A stretch of DNA of 64,000 bases from Candidatus Heimdallarchaeota archaeon (lineage in GTDB: Archaea > Asgardarchaeota > Heimdallarchaeia > Heimdallarchaeales > Heimdallarchaeaceae), in the NCBI GenBank assembly GCA_030603365.1, contig JAUVXV010000001.1, forward strand, positions 64,001-128,000. The letters are read 5' to 3'. Numbering within the stretch: position 1 is the stretch's first letter; each line of letters opens with the position of its first letter. This document shows positions 1 through 10,175 of the stretch, piece after piece. A model generated the notes under the pieces. It was not told the origin of the DNA. It worked only from the letters and a program-made list of their open reading frames with translations, and did no database searches. Made by a program: the position numbers and the translations under genes.

Positions 1-1
1 T

Positions 2-928
2 TCGAAGTGCAGCAATTGAAGTGCTCTTTGCGAATAAATCACCTTCCCCTTCCCCTGCTGTTGGTGGAGCTACTGCTGTTGTTGGTGCTCCTGGAGCTGG
101 TGGCTTTGGTGTGGGGACTGTAGGTGCTGGTATTGAAGGAGTAATTGCTGGTGCTCCTGGTAGAGCTGATGGTATTGGTGGAGAAGGAACTGCTGTTGCT
201 GGAGGTGGTGTTGTTACTCCAGGTGGAGGTGGTGGTGCTGCTTGTCCAGGTAATGGAGGAGTTGGTGGAGTAGCGACCTTTGCTTTACCTCTATCTCTCT
301 TCTTCTTTTTCTTTGGAGGTTTAGAAGGTTTGGGAGCTACAATTGGAGTTGGAGTTGGCATTGGTGGTGCTGGAGCAGCTGGCATTGGTGGTGCTGGAGC
401 TGATCCTACAGCAGGTGGTGCAGGTGGTGCGGTTGAAGGAGTTGAAGGAGTTACTTCAATTTTTTCTTCTCCTTTAATCTTGCTTAAATAATCACCTTGC
501 ATTTTCTTCAATTCTTCTTCTAATTGGGAAACTTCTGCTTCTCTGGTAGTCTTTTCAATTTCATCTTCAATTTTCTTGACATCAGATGCATATCTTACAG
601 ATAATCTGCCAAAAATTGATTCACTAATTTCTTTCTTCTTATGTGCATCAGATAAAGCACGTTGAGCAGCAATTGATTTTGCTTTTTCAATATTTAAAAT
701 AGCAATTCTCTCTGAAGAAGGAATATCAGTGGGAGTTGGCAAATCTGTTTCAAAATCTAAGTCCAATAGAGAAGGAGCGTCTCTTTTTCTATAAAATCGC
801 GTAGCAAAAAATACTACAAGAGCACTTAGAAATGTGAAAATCACTAATAGATATATAAGCATCTTTACGCCTGTATCAGTTAAGCTTGCTGGAGGTAAAT
901 TATTAAACCAATCTGTAAATGGGGACAT
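2..928 (-). CDS. Membrane-anchored, coiled-coil, proline-rich protein (3' end runs off the window)
   Basis: Manual translation from ATG at 928: MSPFTDWF..., one hydrophobic helix (MLIYLLVIFTFLSALVVFFA), charged helical region, long Pro/Ala/Thr-rich tract incl. PPPPP, ending ...GDLFAKSTSIAALR at the edge; no stop in frame. Not in ORF track. Confidence 0.85.
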   Translation of the reverse strand, partial: MSPFTDWFNNLPPASLTDTGVKMLIYLLVIFTFLSALVVFFATRFYRKRDAPSLLDLDFETDLPTPTDIPSSERIAILNIEKAKSIAAQRALSDAHKKKEISESIFGRLSVRYASDVKKIEDEIEKTTREAEVSQLEEELKKMQGDYLSKIKGEEKIEVTPSTPSTAPPAPPAVGSAPAPPMPAAPAPPMPTPTPIVAPKPSKPPKKKKKRDRGKAKVATPPTPPLPGQAAPPPPPGVTTPPPATAVPSPPIPSALPGAPAITPSIPAPTVPTPKPPAPGAPTTAVAPPTAGEGEGDLFAKSTSIAALR

Positions 929-1100
929 ATCCTTGCCTCTGAATTTTTATTTAACTAAACTTTTTAGTTTTTTCTCTGTCTAGAGAGTATTAGATTATAC
1001 TTAATAAACTCTGTCAAAGTGTCCAATTAAAAAGGACAATAATATCTTGAGAATATGGTCTTTTTCATACTGAGATATTTTGAAACAAAAAAATCTATTC

Positions 1101-1742
1101 TTACTGTTTCTTAGCTTCGAGTATGGCTTTTACTCTCTTTAATCTAGAAAAAGTTTCACGCTCTTGTTCTTCAAGAGTACTTGCAATGAAGTTTGCAGTT
1201 GCTCTAAGTTTTGGTATTAATATGTAGTTCAGAGCATTAACTCTTCTTTTAGTTTTATTAATCTCAGATGCAAGTTTTTCGAGTAACGTCATTTTTTCTG
1301 CAATGATCATTAATGTTTTCAGAGATTTTCTAAAATAGACTATTGCTCGATCTAATTGTGCACTAGAACTAGTTAAACCGTAAAAAATTTCTTCTTCCTT
1401 TTGGGTTTCCTCTACCACAAACTTTGGTGATTTAACTCCCATAATACTTACAGAGTGAGTTTTTATTTCAAGTACTGAAGGTGCATATTGGGCTAAATCG
1501 CGTATCTTATCAGGGCCAAGAGCCATCTCTCCCTTTGCCAAGGATTGATATGCAATTTTCAGCTCTTTTTCCACTTGCATTCTTGCCTCACGAACTTCAT
1601 CTTTGATGGCATACAATTCAATAACAAGACAATCCATTTTTTCTTTAAGCAGATCATGACCTTTTTGAGCTAGTCGAATCCTAGCTCTGGTATTTAGGAG
1701 TTCCATTCTTGTAGCATTAACAACATTAGAATCAAAGGACAT
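1101..1742 (-). CDS. atpD: A/V-type ATP synthase subunit D
   Basis: TRMELL...LAQKGHDLLKEK and KTKRRVNALNYILIP...LEEQERETFSRLKRVK motifs. Confidence 0.95.
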   Translation of the reverse strand: MSFDSNVVNATRMELLNTRARIRLAQKGHDLLKEKMDCLVIELYAIKDEVREARMQVEKELKIAYQSLAKGEMALGPDKIRDLAQYAPSVLEIKTHSVSIMGVKSPKFVVEETQKEEEIFYGLTSSSAQLDRAIVYFRKSLKTLMIIAEKMTLLEKLASEINKTKRRVNALNYILIPKLRATANFIASTLEEQERETFSRLKRVKAILEAKKQ

Positions 1743-1931
1743 TGATTCAGTTGTAAGTAAAGTTATTAAAAGTTTTATTATACAATTATAATAATTGTTA
1801 ACTCAACTAAGATTGGTTACATTTTTGGGTAAGATATTCTGAGGAGGGTGGTTTTACAATCTGTAATTTCAGTTTTATGATATCTTATAACATATTATTT
1901 ATATGCGTTTATTTTATTAAACAAAATCGAA

Positions 1932-2618
1932 ATGAAAAGTGGGAAGATTTCATTTAAATTGGGGTTTTTATTAATAATAGCTCTAGTTTTTTCTCTATTC
2001 TTTATTAATTTATTTTGGTCAATCATTCCTATTTTCCAATATCGGAAAAATGCTATAATTTTAATTATAGGTGATTATGGTCCTTTTAACGATTCTAATT
2101 ATGATGATGATTTTCTGTCTGAAAAATACAGGGAATATTGGGGAGTAAGAGCTGAAGAACTCAAGAAATTCACTAATTGGGAAGTATATTATTGTTATGA
2201 AAAGACATTTAATTTTCAATTAAGTTATTTTAAAAATCTTCTAGTTATTATTGAAGGTCATGGAAGTGTATCAAATTACTATAACAGTCATTATATCAAA
2301 ATTAATGAGCAAAAAAGGATCTATGCTAGTGAATTTAAAATTCAATGCAATAATCTTACTCTTGTTATTGATTCTTGCTTTAGTTATAATTGGTATTCTG
2401 ATTTTAGTCATAAAAATCTAAATTATTTATTCACAAGTGATTTAAGTAACAATGTTTCATGGAGTCGTTATCAATATCTCCCAGAACCATATGACAATTT
2501 GATAATCCAGAGATACAACCGTTTCTTCCTAGATGCTTTTCTTAAGGATTATTCATATCAGAAAGCAAATGAAACAGCTTGGATTAATATGACTCAGTTT
2601 AATCTTATGAATTATTAA
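1932..2618 (+). CDS. Membrane-anchored caspase/clan CD-like cysteine peptidase
   Basis: N-terminal hydrophobic helix; IIEGHGS and VIDSCFS His-Gly / Asp-Ser-Cys dyad motifs. Confidence 0.65.
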   Translation: MKSGKISFKLGFLLIIALVFSLFFINLFWSIIPIFQYRKNAIILIIGDYGPFNDSNYDDDFLSEKYREYWGVRAEELKKFTNWEVYYCYEKTFNFQLSYFKNLLVIIEGHGSVSNYYNSHYIKINEQKRIYASEFKIQCNNLTLVIDSCFSYNWYSDFSHKNLNYLFTSDLSNNVSWSRYQYLPEPYDNLIIQRYNRFFLDAFLKDYSYQKANETAWINMTQFNLMNY

Positions 2619-2760
2619 CAAAAAAGTTGTCCTCTCTCAAGAGAGATTATTTGAAGAATCATCAAGAATACCAGAATACAAGACCAATCAGTAACATCAA
2701 CCCCAATCAATGGAGAAGAAGTTAACCATGTGATCCATACTTTCTCTAAATAGTACCTAT

Positions 2761-3126
2761 TTAAACTAAGTAAGAATGAGAAATTAGTTTAGCTTGTTGA
2801 CTGATAATCAATATCTGATCTACTTCTTTCTGAGTAAATAGGAAGAATTTTTCTTTTTCGCTTTTATTTAAATATTCAACCATTTCAGAGGCAATAGAAC
2901 TAAAGCGATTAGCTACAATTATAGCCCCATCACAATTTATCTTTCTAGTTCTTTCCTCAGTTCTGATAATAGTATTAGAACCCACACTTTTATTCCAATC
3001 AAAAACAAAAACAGCATACTTTTGAGTTTCATCACTAACAATGAAAGGTTTGATAGTATCTAGCTCATCGAATAATTGTTCAACTTTACCATAACGATGT
3101 AAGAAAAACCAGACCTTAGTTTCCAT
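2761..3126 (-). CDS. Small Mrr-like restriction-endonuclease-fold protein (probably degenerate)
   Basis: DWNKSVGSNTII...GAIIVANRFSSIA resembles the Mrr_cat C-terminal pattern; start placed at METK (3126). Confidence 0.5.
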   Translation of the reverse strand: METKVWFFLHRYGKVEQLFDELDTIKPFIVSDETQKYAVFVFDWNKSVGSNTIIRTEERTRKINCDGAIIVANRFSSIASEMVEYLNKSEKEKFFLFTQKEVDQILIISQQAKLISHSYLV

Positions 3127-3547
3127 CGTTTTTATAATCATTTTCTCTAATAAACTTCCTAATAAGAGATATTTGTACATACGTAGTTCACAAATATTAC
3201 AAAAAAACTTTCTAAAGTATCTTCAAAATTTAGTAATTCTAGTGCTATATTGTATAAGATATTTCTTAAAGCGGGGATAATAATTCCACTAAAAATAGAT
3301 TTGATCTTCATATAATATTTGATAATGATGCCGAATAGATTTCATACATGTCTTTACAAAACTTTCTTCATCGAAGACATCAGATTTCATAAATCAAATC
3401 ACTCAATTCATAATAATTTACAAAGCACATATTTCTACTAAATGTTAATTTCTAGAGTAAAGATCTGAGCGAAAATAAATTAATCTATAAGTTTCAATAC
3501 ACCCTCCGAAAAAGTTAAATGTAATACACTATAGTGTAATAAGTAAG

Positions 3548-4228
3548 TTGATTAAAATGTTCAGTAAGGAGGTTGAATTAGTAGACAACTTTTTAACTAA
3601 TATGTTCAAGGAATATGAATTCAATAATTATGATATAATATGTGAGTACCCATATAATTCAGGGAGAGCAGATATAGTTCTTGCAAACATTAACAAAAAA
3701 AAGCTAAAAAAGCGCTTGAAATCTGGATTGATTGAACCATTAAAGAATAAAATTCAGATTCAAATATTGTTCCATCTAGCTAAAAACAAAACTATTGAAA
3801 AAGATAAATTACAAAATATTCTTTGCTCGAAATCTTTCAAATCGAACATCAAAATCCTAATTAAAAATGGTTATGTAAAGGAGAACGCAAAAAACTACAT
3901 AATATCGAAAAAATATAAAATTCACATTAGTGACGTTATCGCTATAGAAGCAAAGATTAAAAATATTAGAAGAGCACTAGAACAAATTCTTCAAACCTCG
4001 TCTTTTGCAAATAAAAGATACATTCTCTTGGATCCTGATTATTCAACTAATATCTACAAATACACTGAATTATTAGCAAATAAAGGAATTGGATTAATAA
4101 TTGTTGAAAAAAATACTCCATTAATTCTGAAAAAATCTAAGACAATTACTCCTTATTCAGAAATTGCTTTACTGCATTTAAATGAATACCACTTTAGGAA
4201 GCGAGGTTCAAATTATGACTGTAGCTAA
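3548..4228 (+). CDS. PD-(D/E)xK nuclease-fold protein with inserted winged-helix
   Basis: CEYP..GRADIV...IAIEAK...ALEQ...SFANKRY; overlaps kinase start. Confidence 0.7.
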   Translation: MIKMFSKEVELVDNFLTNMFKEYEFNNYDIICEYPYNSGRADIVLANINKKKLKKRLKSGLIEPLKNKIQIQILFHLAKNKTIEKDKLQNILCSKSFKSNIKILIKNGYVKENAKNYIISKKYKIHISDVIAIEAKIKNIRRALEQILQTSSFANKRYILLDPDYSTNIYKYTELLANKGIGLIIVEKNTPLILKKSKTITPYSEIALLHLNEYHFRKRGSNYDCS

Positions 4229-5084
4229 TTTTTCTATCGAAGATATTCAAGTATTTTTTCCTAAGCTCGAAATAAAGAATGTAATTGGAAGGGGTGGACA
4301 AAAACAGGTCTTTAAAGCCCTCTTGGATGATAAAATCGTTGCTTTGAAGATTATTATTTTGAAAAAAGATAAGAACATTAAAAAACAACTCAAAAGGATT
4401 TCAAGAGAACTTAAAGCTATGATTAATGTAAAGTCACCACATTTAGTAGAACTCTTAGCTGCAAATTTTATTGCTATCAATGGGGAGATGTGCTATTACT
4501 ACATTGAGGATTTCATAGAAGGAGACAATTTACGGGACTTAATCGTTAACAAGAAAAATGATTTTACCAAAAAAGAATTCATTCAAATAGGGAAGTGTCT
4601 TTTATTGGCAGCAGAAGAATTGTGGAAATTTGGTATTGTTCATAGAGATATAAAACCAGAAAACATCATTATTACAGAAGATAAGAAAGCATGTTTATTA
4701 GACCTTGGAATAGCACAATTCAAAGATGATTCTACTATAACTATCCCTTTTTTTGGGAGAGGACCAGGAACATCAGGATACATGGCTCCTGAGTTGTTGA
4801 ATTATGACAAAGAGTTACAATCCATTCGAACAGATATCTTCTCCATAGGAATTACACTTATTGAATCTTATACGGGGAAACATCCTTTTGACATTGCTAA
4901 TTCAGAAAATTCAAGAGATGAAAATATATTAATGGAAAAAAAATCTTCTTTTAAAAAATACTTTAAGAATGAATCTTGTCTTTTTGATTCTTTAGATATG
5001 ATGATAAATTATCATCCTTATGAAAGACCAACAAATGCAAAGAAAGCTATAGAAAATCTAGAAAGGTGCTTAGAAAATGAATAA
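4215..5084 (+). CDS. Hanks-type Ser/Thr protein kinase
   Basis: IGRGGQKQV, VALK, RE, HRDIKPEN, DLG, GTSGYMAPE, DIFSIG, RP; start at MTVA after GAGGT SD (track start 4182). Confidence 0.92.
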   Translation: MTVANFSIEDIQVFFPKLEIKNVIGRGGQKQVFKALLDDKIVALKIIILKKDKNIKKQLKRISRELKAMINVKSPHLVELLAANFIAINGEMCYYYIEDFIEGDNLRDLIVNKKNDFTKKEFIQIGKCLLLAAEELWKFGIVHRDIKPENIIITEDKKACLLDLGIAQFKDDSTITIPFFGRGPGTSGYMAPELLNYDKELQSIRTDIFSIGITLIESYTGKHPFDIANSENSRDENILMEKKSSFKKYFKNESCLFDSLDMMINYHPYERPTNAKKAIENLERCLENE

Positions 5085-6264
5085 TGAATTCTATTTCCAA
5101 ATGGGACATGGACAGCTAGAAATGATTCCCAATTTAATTAGTCTAGGAATTGGTGATGGAATTATCTTAAGTCCCAAAGATGTTAAATTTAATAGATGTG
5201 AAAAATTTGTGAAAGATGTACGTAAAATCAAACCAGATATTTCTATTATCTTTGATCCACAATTTTATTTTCCAAAATTTGATCATGATAATGTAGTTAG
5301 TTATCCATATTATATAGATAACTTTGAAACAGATGATTTTTATTCTAATAGTTCAAAACAGAAAGAATTTCATAACAAACTTGTTGAAACCCAGTTGATT
5401 TTTGATGCTGATATTATATTAACTCCAGCTATTTATAGAAAAACATTTTCTCTAGCAAATTTCAGACAAAGTCTTGACTTTGCTAACGAATTCAGGGAAG
5501 TAGCTGAATCAGAAGGACGACCTATCTATTTAACATTGCAATTTCACATAAGAACGCTACTAGATAGTGATTACTTTGATAAAATTTTAAGTTTAGTAAC
5601 AAATCTTGGCTATAAAGGTATCTATCTAGTTTTGGAACTTGAAGAAGAAGAGAAATTTCTTTGGACAAATCAAGCAAATATGTATCTTGTTATGAAATTT
5701 CTCCACCATTTAGTCAACAATAACATTGATATTATTATGGGGTATTCTGCACAGAGCATAATACCCATGTTAGTTACAGGAATAACGAAATATGCATCGG
5801 GTCACCATCGTAACTTACGAACATTCGAAACAGAACGTTGGAGTAAAGAAAAAGAAGTGAGAACACCAAAAGACAAATATTATTCACACAAATTACTCAC
5901 AGATCTAGACATTGATTCTGATTTAGAATTACTATTTCAAAGAAAAAATGATTTATATGAACTTATAAGATCACCATCTCCCTTCGACAATAGCTTATTT
6001 GATGGTGATTCTCCTGCTACAATACCTTGGAGAAGATATAGTTATAGACACTACATATATTGTTGTGATCAAATGAAAACAGAAGTTAGTAGTCCTGATA
6101 AATCAAAAAGATACACAGAAGCAATAGAAATACTGGAGAATGCAGACAATCTTTTCTCATCATTGAAAAAAAGAGGAGTTTCCTTTAAAAGACGTGTTAA
6201 TGATGGTTCTCACATAAGGGGATGGATTGCAGCACTAAATGCTTATGAAGACGAATTCATGTGA
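5077..6264 (+). CDS. Uncharacterised TIM-barrel-like (beta-protein/TGT-like) protein
   Basis: FQMGHG...GDGIILSP...IFDPQFY and alternating beta/alpha pattern; overlaps kinase stop. Confidence 0.5.
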   Translation: MNNEFYFQMGHGQLEMIPNLISLGIGDGIILSPKDVKFNRCEKFVKDVRKIKPDISIIFDPQFYFPKFDHDNVVSYPYYIDNFETDDFYSNSSKQKEFHNKLVETQLIFDADIILTPAIYRKTFSLANFRQSLDFANEFREVAESEGRPIYLTLQFHIRTLLDSDYFDKILSLVTNLGYKGIYLVLELEEEEKFLWTNQANMYLVMKFLHHLVNNNIDIIMGYSAQSIIPMLVTGITKYASGHHRNLRTFETERWSKEKEVRTPKDKYYSHKLLTDLDIDSDLELLFQRKNDLYELIRSPSPFDNSLFDGDSPATIPWRRYSYRHYIYCCDQMKTEVSSPDKSKRYTEAIEILENADNLFSSLKKRGVSFKRRVNDGSHIRGWIAALNAYEDEFM

Positions 6265-7876
6265 AAGTGGGTTTCAGCTTGGTGGAGAAAAACAACCTGA
6301 TACTGGCTTCAAGGGAACACATTACACTTCTGTAGATAACAAAATTGCAAGAGTAAGCTCTTTAGGTTCGTCTATTGGAAGAGCGGAAGAATATTTCTTT
6401 AAAGATGCGAATAAGTCACCTCTTGGTTCAAAACAACAAATGAAATTTAGCAAACTAAGAAAATTCTATCATGACCCTGGAGCTATTAAAGGAAAAGAAA
6501 CGGATTACAGAACTTTAAAGATTTTAGACGAAGTTTTAGTAAGACTACAGCTTCCAAAGAAAACTCAAGATAGATCACGATTTCTATATAGGGAATATAA
6601 GGATAAATACAAAGGAAAGATAGCTAACCATGTGCTATTATCTGCTGTATGTGTTTTCCAAGCAATAAGAGAAAATAAATGCCCCACTACCCTAAAGGAC
6701 TTGGTAACCACATACCAACAACTCAAGCACAGAGTTTATGCTAGAACAATTATCAAACTAAAGGAAAGGTTAGAAATTAGAACTTCTTTAAGGAGAAGTT
6801 AAGACTATGTTTCCCAGATTTGTTCTGATCTTTGCAAAAGTCCAGTCATTATTGATAGACTCCTATGTAAGTACAAAATAAATGTTAGAGTATATGAAAA
6901 TATTCTCAGATTGCTAAGTTATCGTCTACTCGAAAACATAAGTCTTAAAGATCGTGGAGGAAGAAGACCTCGACCTTTTGCAACAGCTGTTGTCTATGTT
7001 GTCGATAAACGCTTTGCACAGCTTATGTTAAAAGGAGGTAGTGCTCTAACACAGAAACTAACAGCAAAATATACTGGAGTGGCAGAATTTACCATTCGAG
7101 AACATTCTGAATTTGCTTTAAAATACTGCACTGATGATCTATATGCAGATATCAGAACTCACCTAGGTATGGCTAAAGGATTGAAGCCATTACCACAAAA
7201 TGCAAACCAACAGGAACTGATAAAATCTGTCTGTGAGTTCTTTAGTATACCTTCCAAAACAAAGAACAGAGCTTTGTTCTTGTTTGAAAATTACAGTGAA
7301 GTATATCAAGAAAATATCTCAAATACTATCCTCTTATCTGCTTTATGCTTACTTTTTGCCTTAAGAGAACATAAGTGTAATATTATACCCATGGAAATCA
7401 TCACAGCTTTCAAAATTATGGGACAAAGTATATCAGAGAGCCAATTAGTAAAGTTGTTGAGAGAATTAGAATTAAAAGAAGTAAAAACAGTTTTTCTAGA
7501 GAGTGAAGATTATATCCCAACTGTTCTTTCACTTATTAGTTCTAGCCTAAAGGTACGAGCAAGGTTGTTAAATAAATACAAGATGAATATTCAAGCATAT
7601 AAAAAACTTCTACTAATTATAAGTGATCAAATATTGCAGAAAATCCCTGCATCCAAACGCAAACACTATCCCCCTTATACCTTTACTGTAGCGGTTTTTT
7701 ATACTGTGGATAAGTATTTTGCTCAGTATATCAAAAAATCCTCAGTTTTAACCTATGAGATTATTTAAGATACAACTAGAATTACCCATTCAGAAATTTC
7801 AAAACATGTTGATTTTGTCTCTTCTTTCATTACTAAGGATATTTTCAGAATTTTCAAAGATTCTTTCTCCACATAA
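6239..7876 (+). pseudogene. TFIIB(TFB)-like cyclin-repeat protein with two in-frame TAA stops
   Basis: ORFs 6239-6802 and 6911-7768 are in the same frame; reading continues through TAA 6800 and TAA 7766 to 7876; internally duplicated (RRS*DYV vs LESEDYI; LTQKLTAKYTG vs LTYEII*DTTR); N-terminal Zn ribbon missing. Confidence 0.75.
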
Positions 7877-8073
7877 CAATATGATCCAAACTTGTGTTCA
7901 AATAGTAGATTTATTCAAGGCTAATATGTTTTCAAAGGAGTGAATATAAGCTGCTCAACATATCTGAAAATGTGTTCTTTGAAACAGGAGTTATTGTCCT
8001 GTTTTTAAGAAATGTTTATATTTCCTTAAACAAATAAAAAGTGTACAAAATATAAAGGAAGGAGAGAAAAGTA

Positions 8074-9255
8074 ATGCGATATAACAAAATCTATTTTTTG
8101 CTATTGATTATACTAATGTGTGTAACACCTTTATTTAGTATTGGAAAACCGCATATGAAAATAACTTTGAATGGAGAAATAACCGAAGATGTTCCAAATC
8201 CATCTGTAAAAGTTGGTCAGCTTCAAGATGGTGCGTATACTTATACTGGCGCAGATATTGTAGTCTATGAATGTGGGATACATATTGATGATCATGTTAC
8301 TGTGGTGGTAATTGACGATGGACTTCATCGGTGGGAATGGAAAGCACTAGAGCAAAACCCAGAAGCTAATGTGGATATCGTTGGATTTGTTACAGAAGAC
8401 ACAGATGATTCAATTAACTGGATTACAAACCCCGATAATCTTCCATATACACAGAAAGTTTATGGTCATGGTTTTGCTGTTGTATCAGCACTTGCAGCAA
8501 TTGCAAGAGATGTAGAAGTGGTTTTTGTTGATCTTCAAATGTTTGTATCAATTTTTAAATATGACACCTATGGATTTGAATTAAACGATGAATCACTTTG
8601 GAATTGGATTGACACATACCAATCATCACTTGATATAGATATTATTTCCTGTTCAGTTGCAACATTTAGTGATTATGCTACAAGTGCAATTTTTGATAGT
8701 TGGGATAGCTTGAATGATAAAGGTGTGATGATGGTTTGTGCTGCTGGTAATGGTGGGAGTTACTTGAACTATGAAACAGCAGTAGGAGAATATATTATGT
8801 ATAATCAATATTATACAGATTGGTACACTATTGGTTCAGTTGACCACGAAAATAGACCAGGTGAGTCTATAAAACACCAGAGAACAGATTTATCATCTTG
8901 GTTTGAAGATTATACAGCTGGAAACCACATAGTTAATTGGCTTGCACCCGGAAACGGAATACCTGTTTTAACACAACCTTATAGAGATATTATACTTGAT
9001 GTTTACAGAGGAACTTGGGTATATATGGCAGGAACTAGTATTAGCACACCCTACTTAGCAGGGATAATTGCATTAATTATAACTGGATACCATAATGGGT
9101 TAGGTTCTTATACAGATCCTACGGTGCAAAAGGTAATAGATATCCTTCAATATGCTAGTTCAAGAAGTATTTTTGACCAAAAAATGGGATATGGATACGT
9201 TGATGCTTACTTAGCTTATGGGAGAGCATATACGGAGGGGAGATTAGCAATCTAA
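8074..9255 (+). CDS. Secreted subtilisin-like S8 serine peptidase
   Basis: Signal peptide; VVVIDDG, GHGFAV, AAGNG, GTSISTPYLAG catalytic motifs. Confidence 0.92.
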   Translation: MRYNKIYFLLLIILMCVTPLFSIGKPHMKITLNGEITEDVPNPSVKVGQLQDGAYTYTGADIVVYECGIHIDDHVTVVVIDDGLHRWEWKALEQNPEANVDIVGFVTEDTDDSINWITNPDNLPYTQKVYGHGFAVVSALAAIARDVEVVFVDLQMFVSIFKYDTYGFELNDESLWNWIDTYQSSLDIDIISCSVATFSDYATSAIFDSWDSLNDKGVMMVCAAGNGGSYLNYETAVGEYIMYNQYYTDWYTIGSVDHENRPGESIKHQRTDLSSWFEDYTAGNHIVNWLAPGNGIPVLTQPYRDIILDVYRGTWVYMAGTSISTPYLAGIIALIITGYHNGLGSYTDPTVQKVIDILQYASSRSIFDQKMGYGYVDAYLAYGRAYTEGRLAI

Positions 9256-9330
9256 ATGGTTATATGTGCTATTGTACTAGTATAATTAAAAACCAGTTGC
9301 TAGAATTAGAGAATAAGGAGGAAGGATGTT

Positions 9331-10008
9331 ATGAATACAAAATCTGGTAAATTCTTGGCTATATCGTTAATAGTATTTACACTTTTACTCCCTTGTGTAC
9401 TGGTAGTAGAAGGGGAGGAATCAACTATTGCTTCTAGAGTCTCAGAAATTTCTGAAGTTTCTGAACTTCACAATTCATATTTTAGCAAACCCAATACCAC
9501 TTTGTTTGGTATCAATGTAACAGTAGAAATTTTAAATAAAGAAACTGAAAATCAAACAGTCACTGAAATATCTGATTATTTACCAAAGGTTATCATCAAT
9601 GCATCACTTGAGAACCAATCATTGGAATTTGAACGATTAGGATATGTACACTCAACAGTTATGAAACATACTTATCAACCGGGCATTACAGTTGAATATA
9701 GTTATGTTATGTTCTATATTAATCAAACGGATTTAGATCAACTTCCAGATGGCAATTACACTCTTTGGAGACCAATCAATACTGCTTATCAGTGGTTAAA
9801 TACTACTAAAGCAGAAGTATTACTTACAACAATTAACGTATCTTCTGGTGTGCTGAATATAACTTACATAGAATTCGATTATAATCCTACAGAAGTAACG
9901 AGTATCTCATTCATATTCCCAATAGTATTCTTTTTGCTATTTTCATTAATGGTTGCGAATAACACAAGGAAAAAATCACTGTATAATCAAAAAGAAGTAT
10001 CTAAGTAA
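9331..10008 (+). CDS. Cell-surface protein, signal peptide + C-terminal TM anchor
   Basis: N-terminal hydrophobic stretch, several N-x-T/S sequons, C-terminal TM followed by basic tail. Confidence 0.75.
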   Translation: MNTKSGKFLAISLIVFTLLLPCVLVVEGEESTIASRVSEISEVSELHNSYFSKPNTTLFGINVTVEILNKETENQTVTEISDYLPKVIINASLENQSLEFERLGYVHSTVMKHTYQPGITVEYSYVMFYINQTDLDQLPDGNYTLWRPINTAYQWLNTTKAEVLLTTINVSSGVLNITYIEFDYNPTEVTSISFIFPIVFFLLFSLMVANNTRKKSLYNQKEVSK

Positions 10009-10175
10009 AATATTCAGAATACTAAATATCCAAAACTAAGAAATACAAAGTAGATGACGATATTTTCACTTTGCTTATTGAAAATAAATGAGATTACAAG
10101 GTGATTTTCATCAGTCTTTTTGTTTCAATATTTTCTCTACTTTATAAATCAAACTAAAAATATACTAGTTAGACA

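Noticed and set aside
21-491. Gly-rich 156-aa plus-strand ORF
   Set aside because: Antisense shadow of the Pro-rich minus-strand gene 2-928
3225-3390. Possible decayed minus-strand ORF (MKSDVFDEESF...)
   Set aside because: Short, stop-interrupted, no recognisable homology
7755-7943. 62-aa ORF after the TFB-like gene
   Set aside because: The TFB-like frame continuing past TAA 7766 explains the region better
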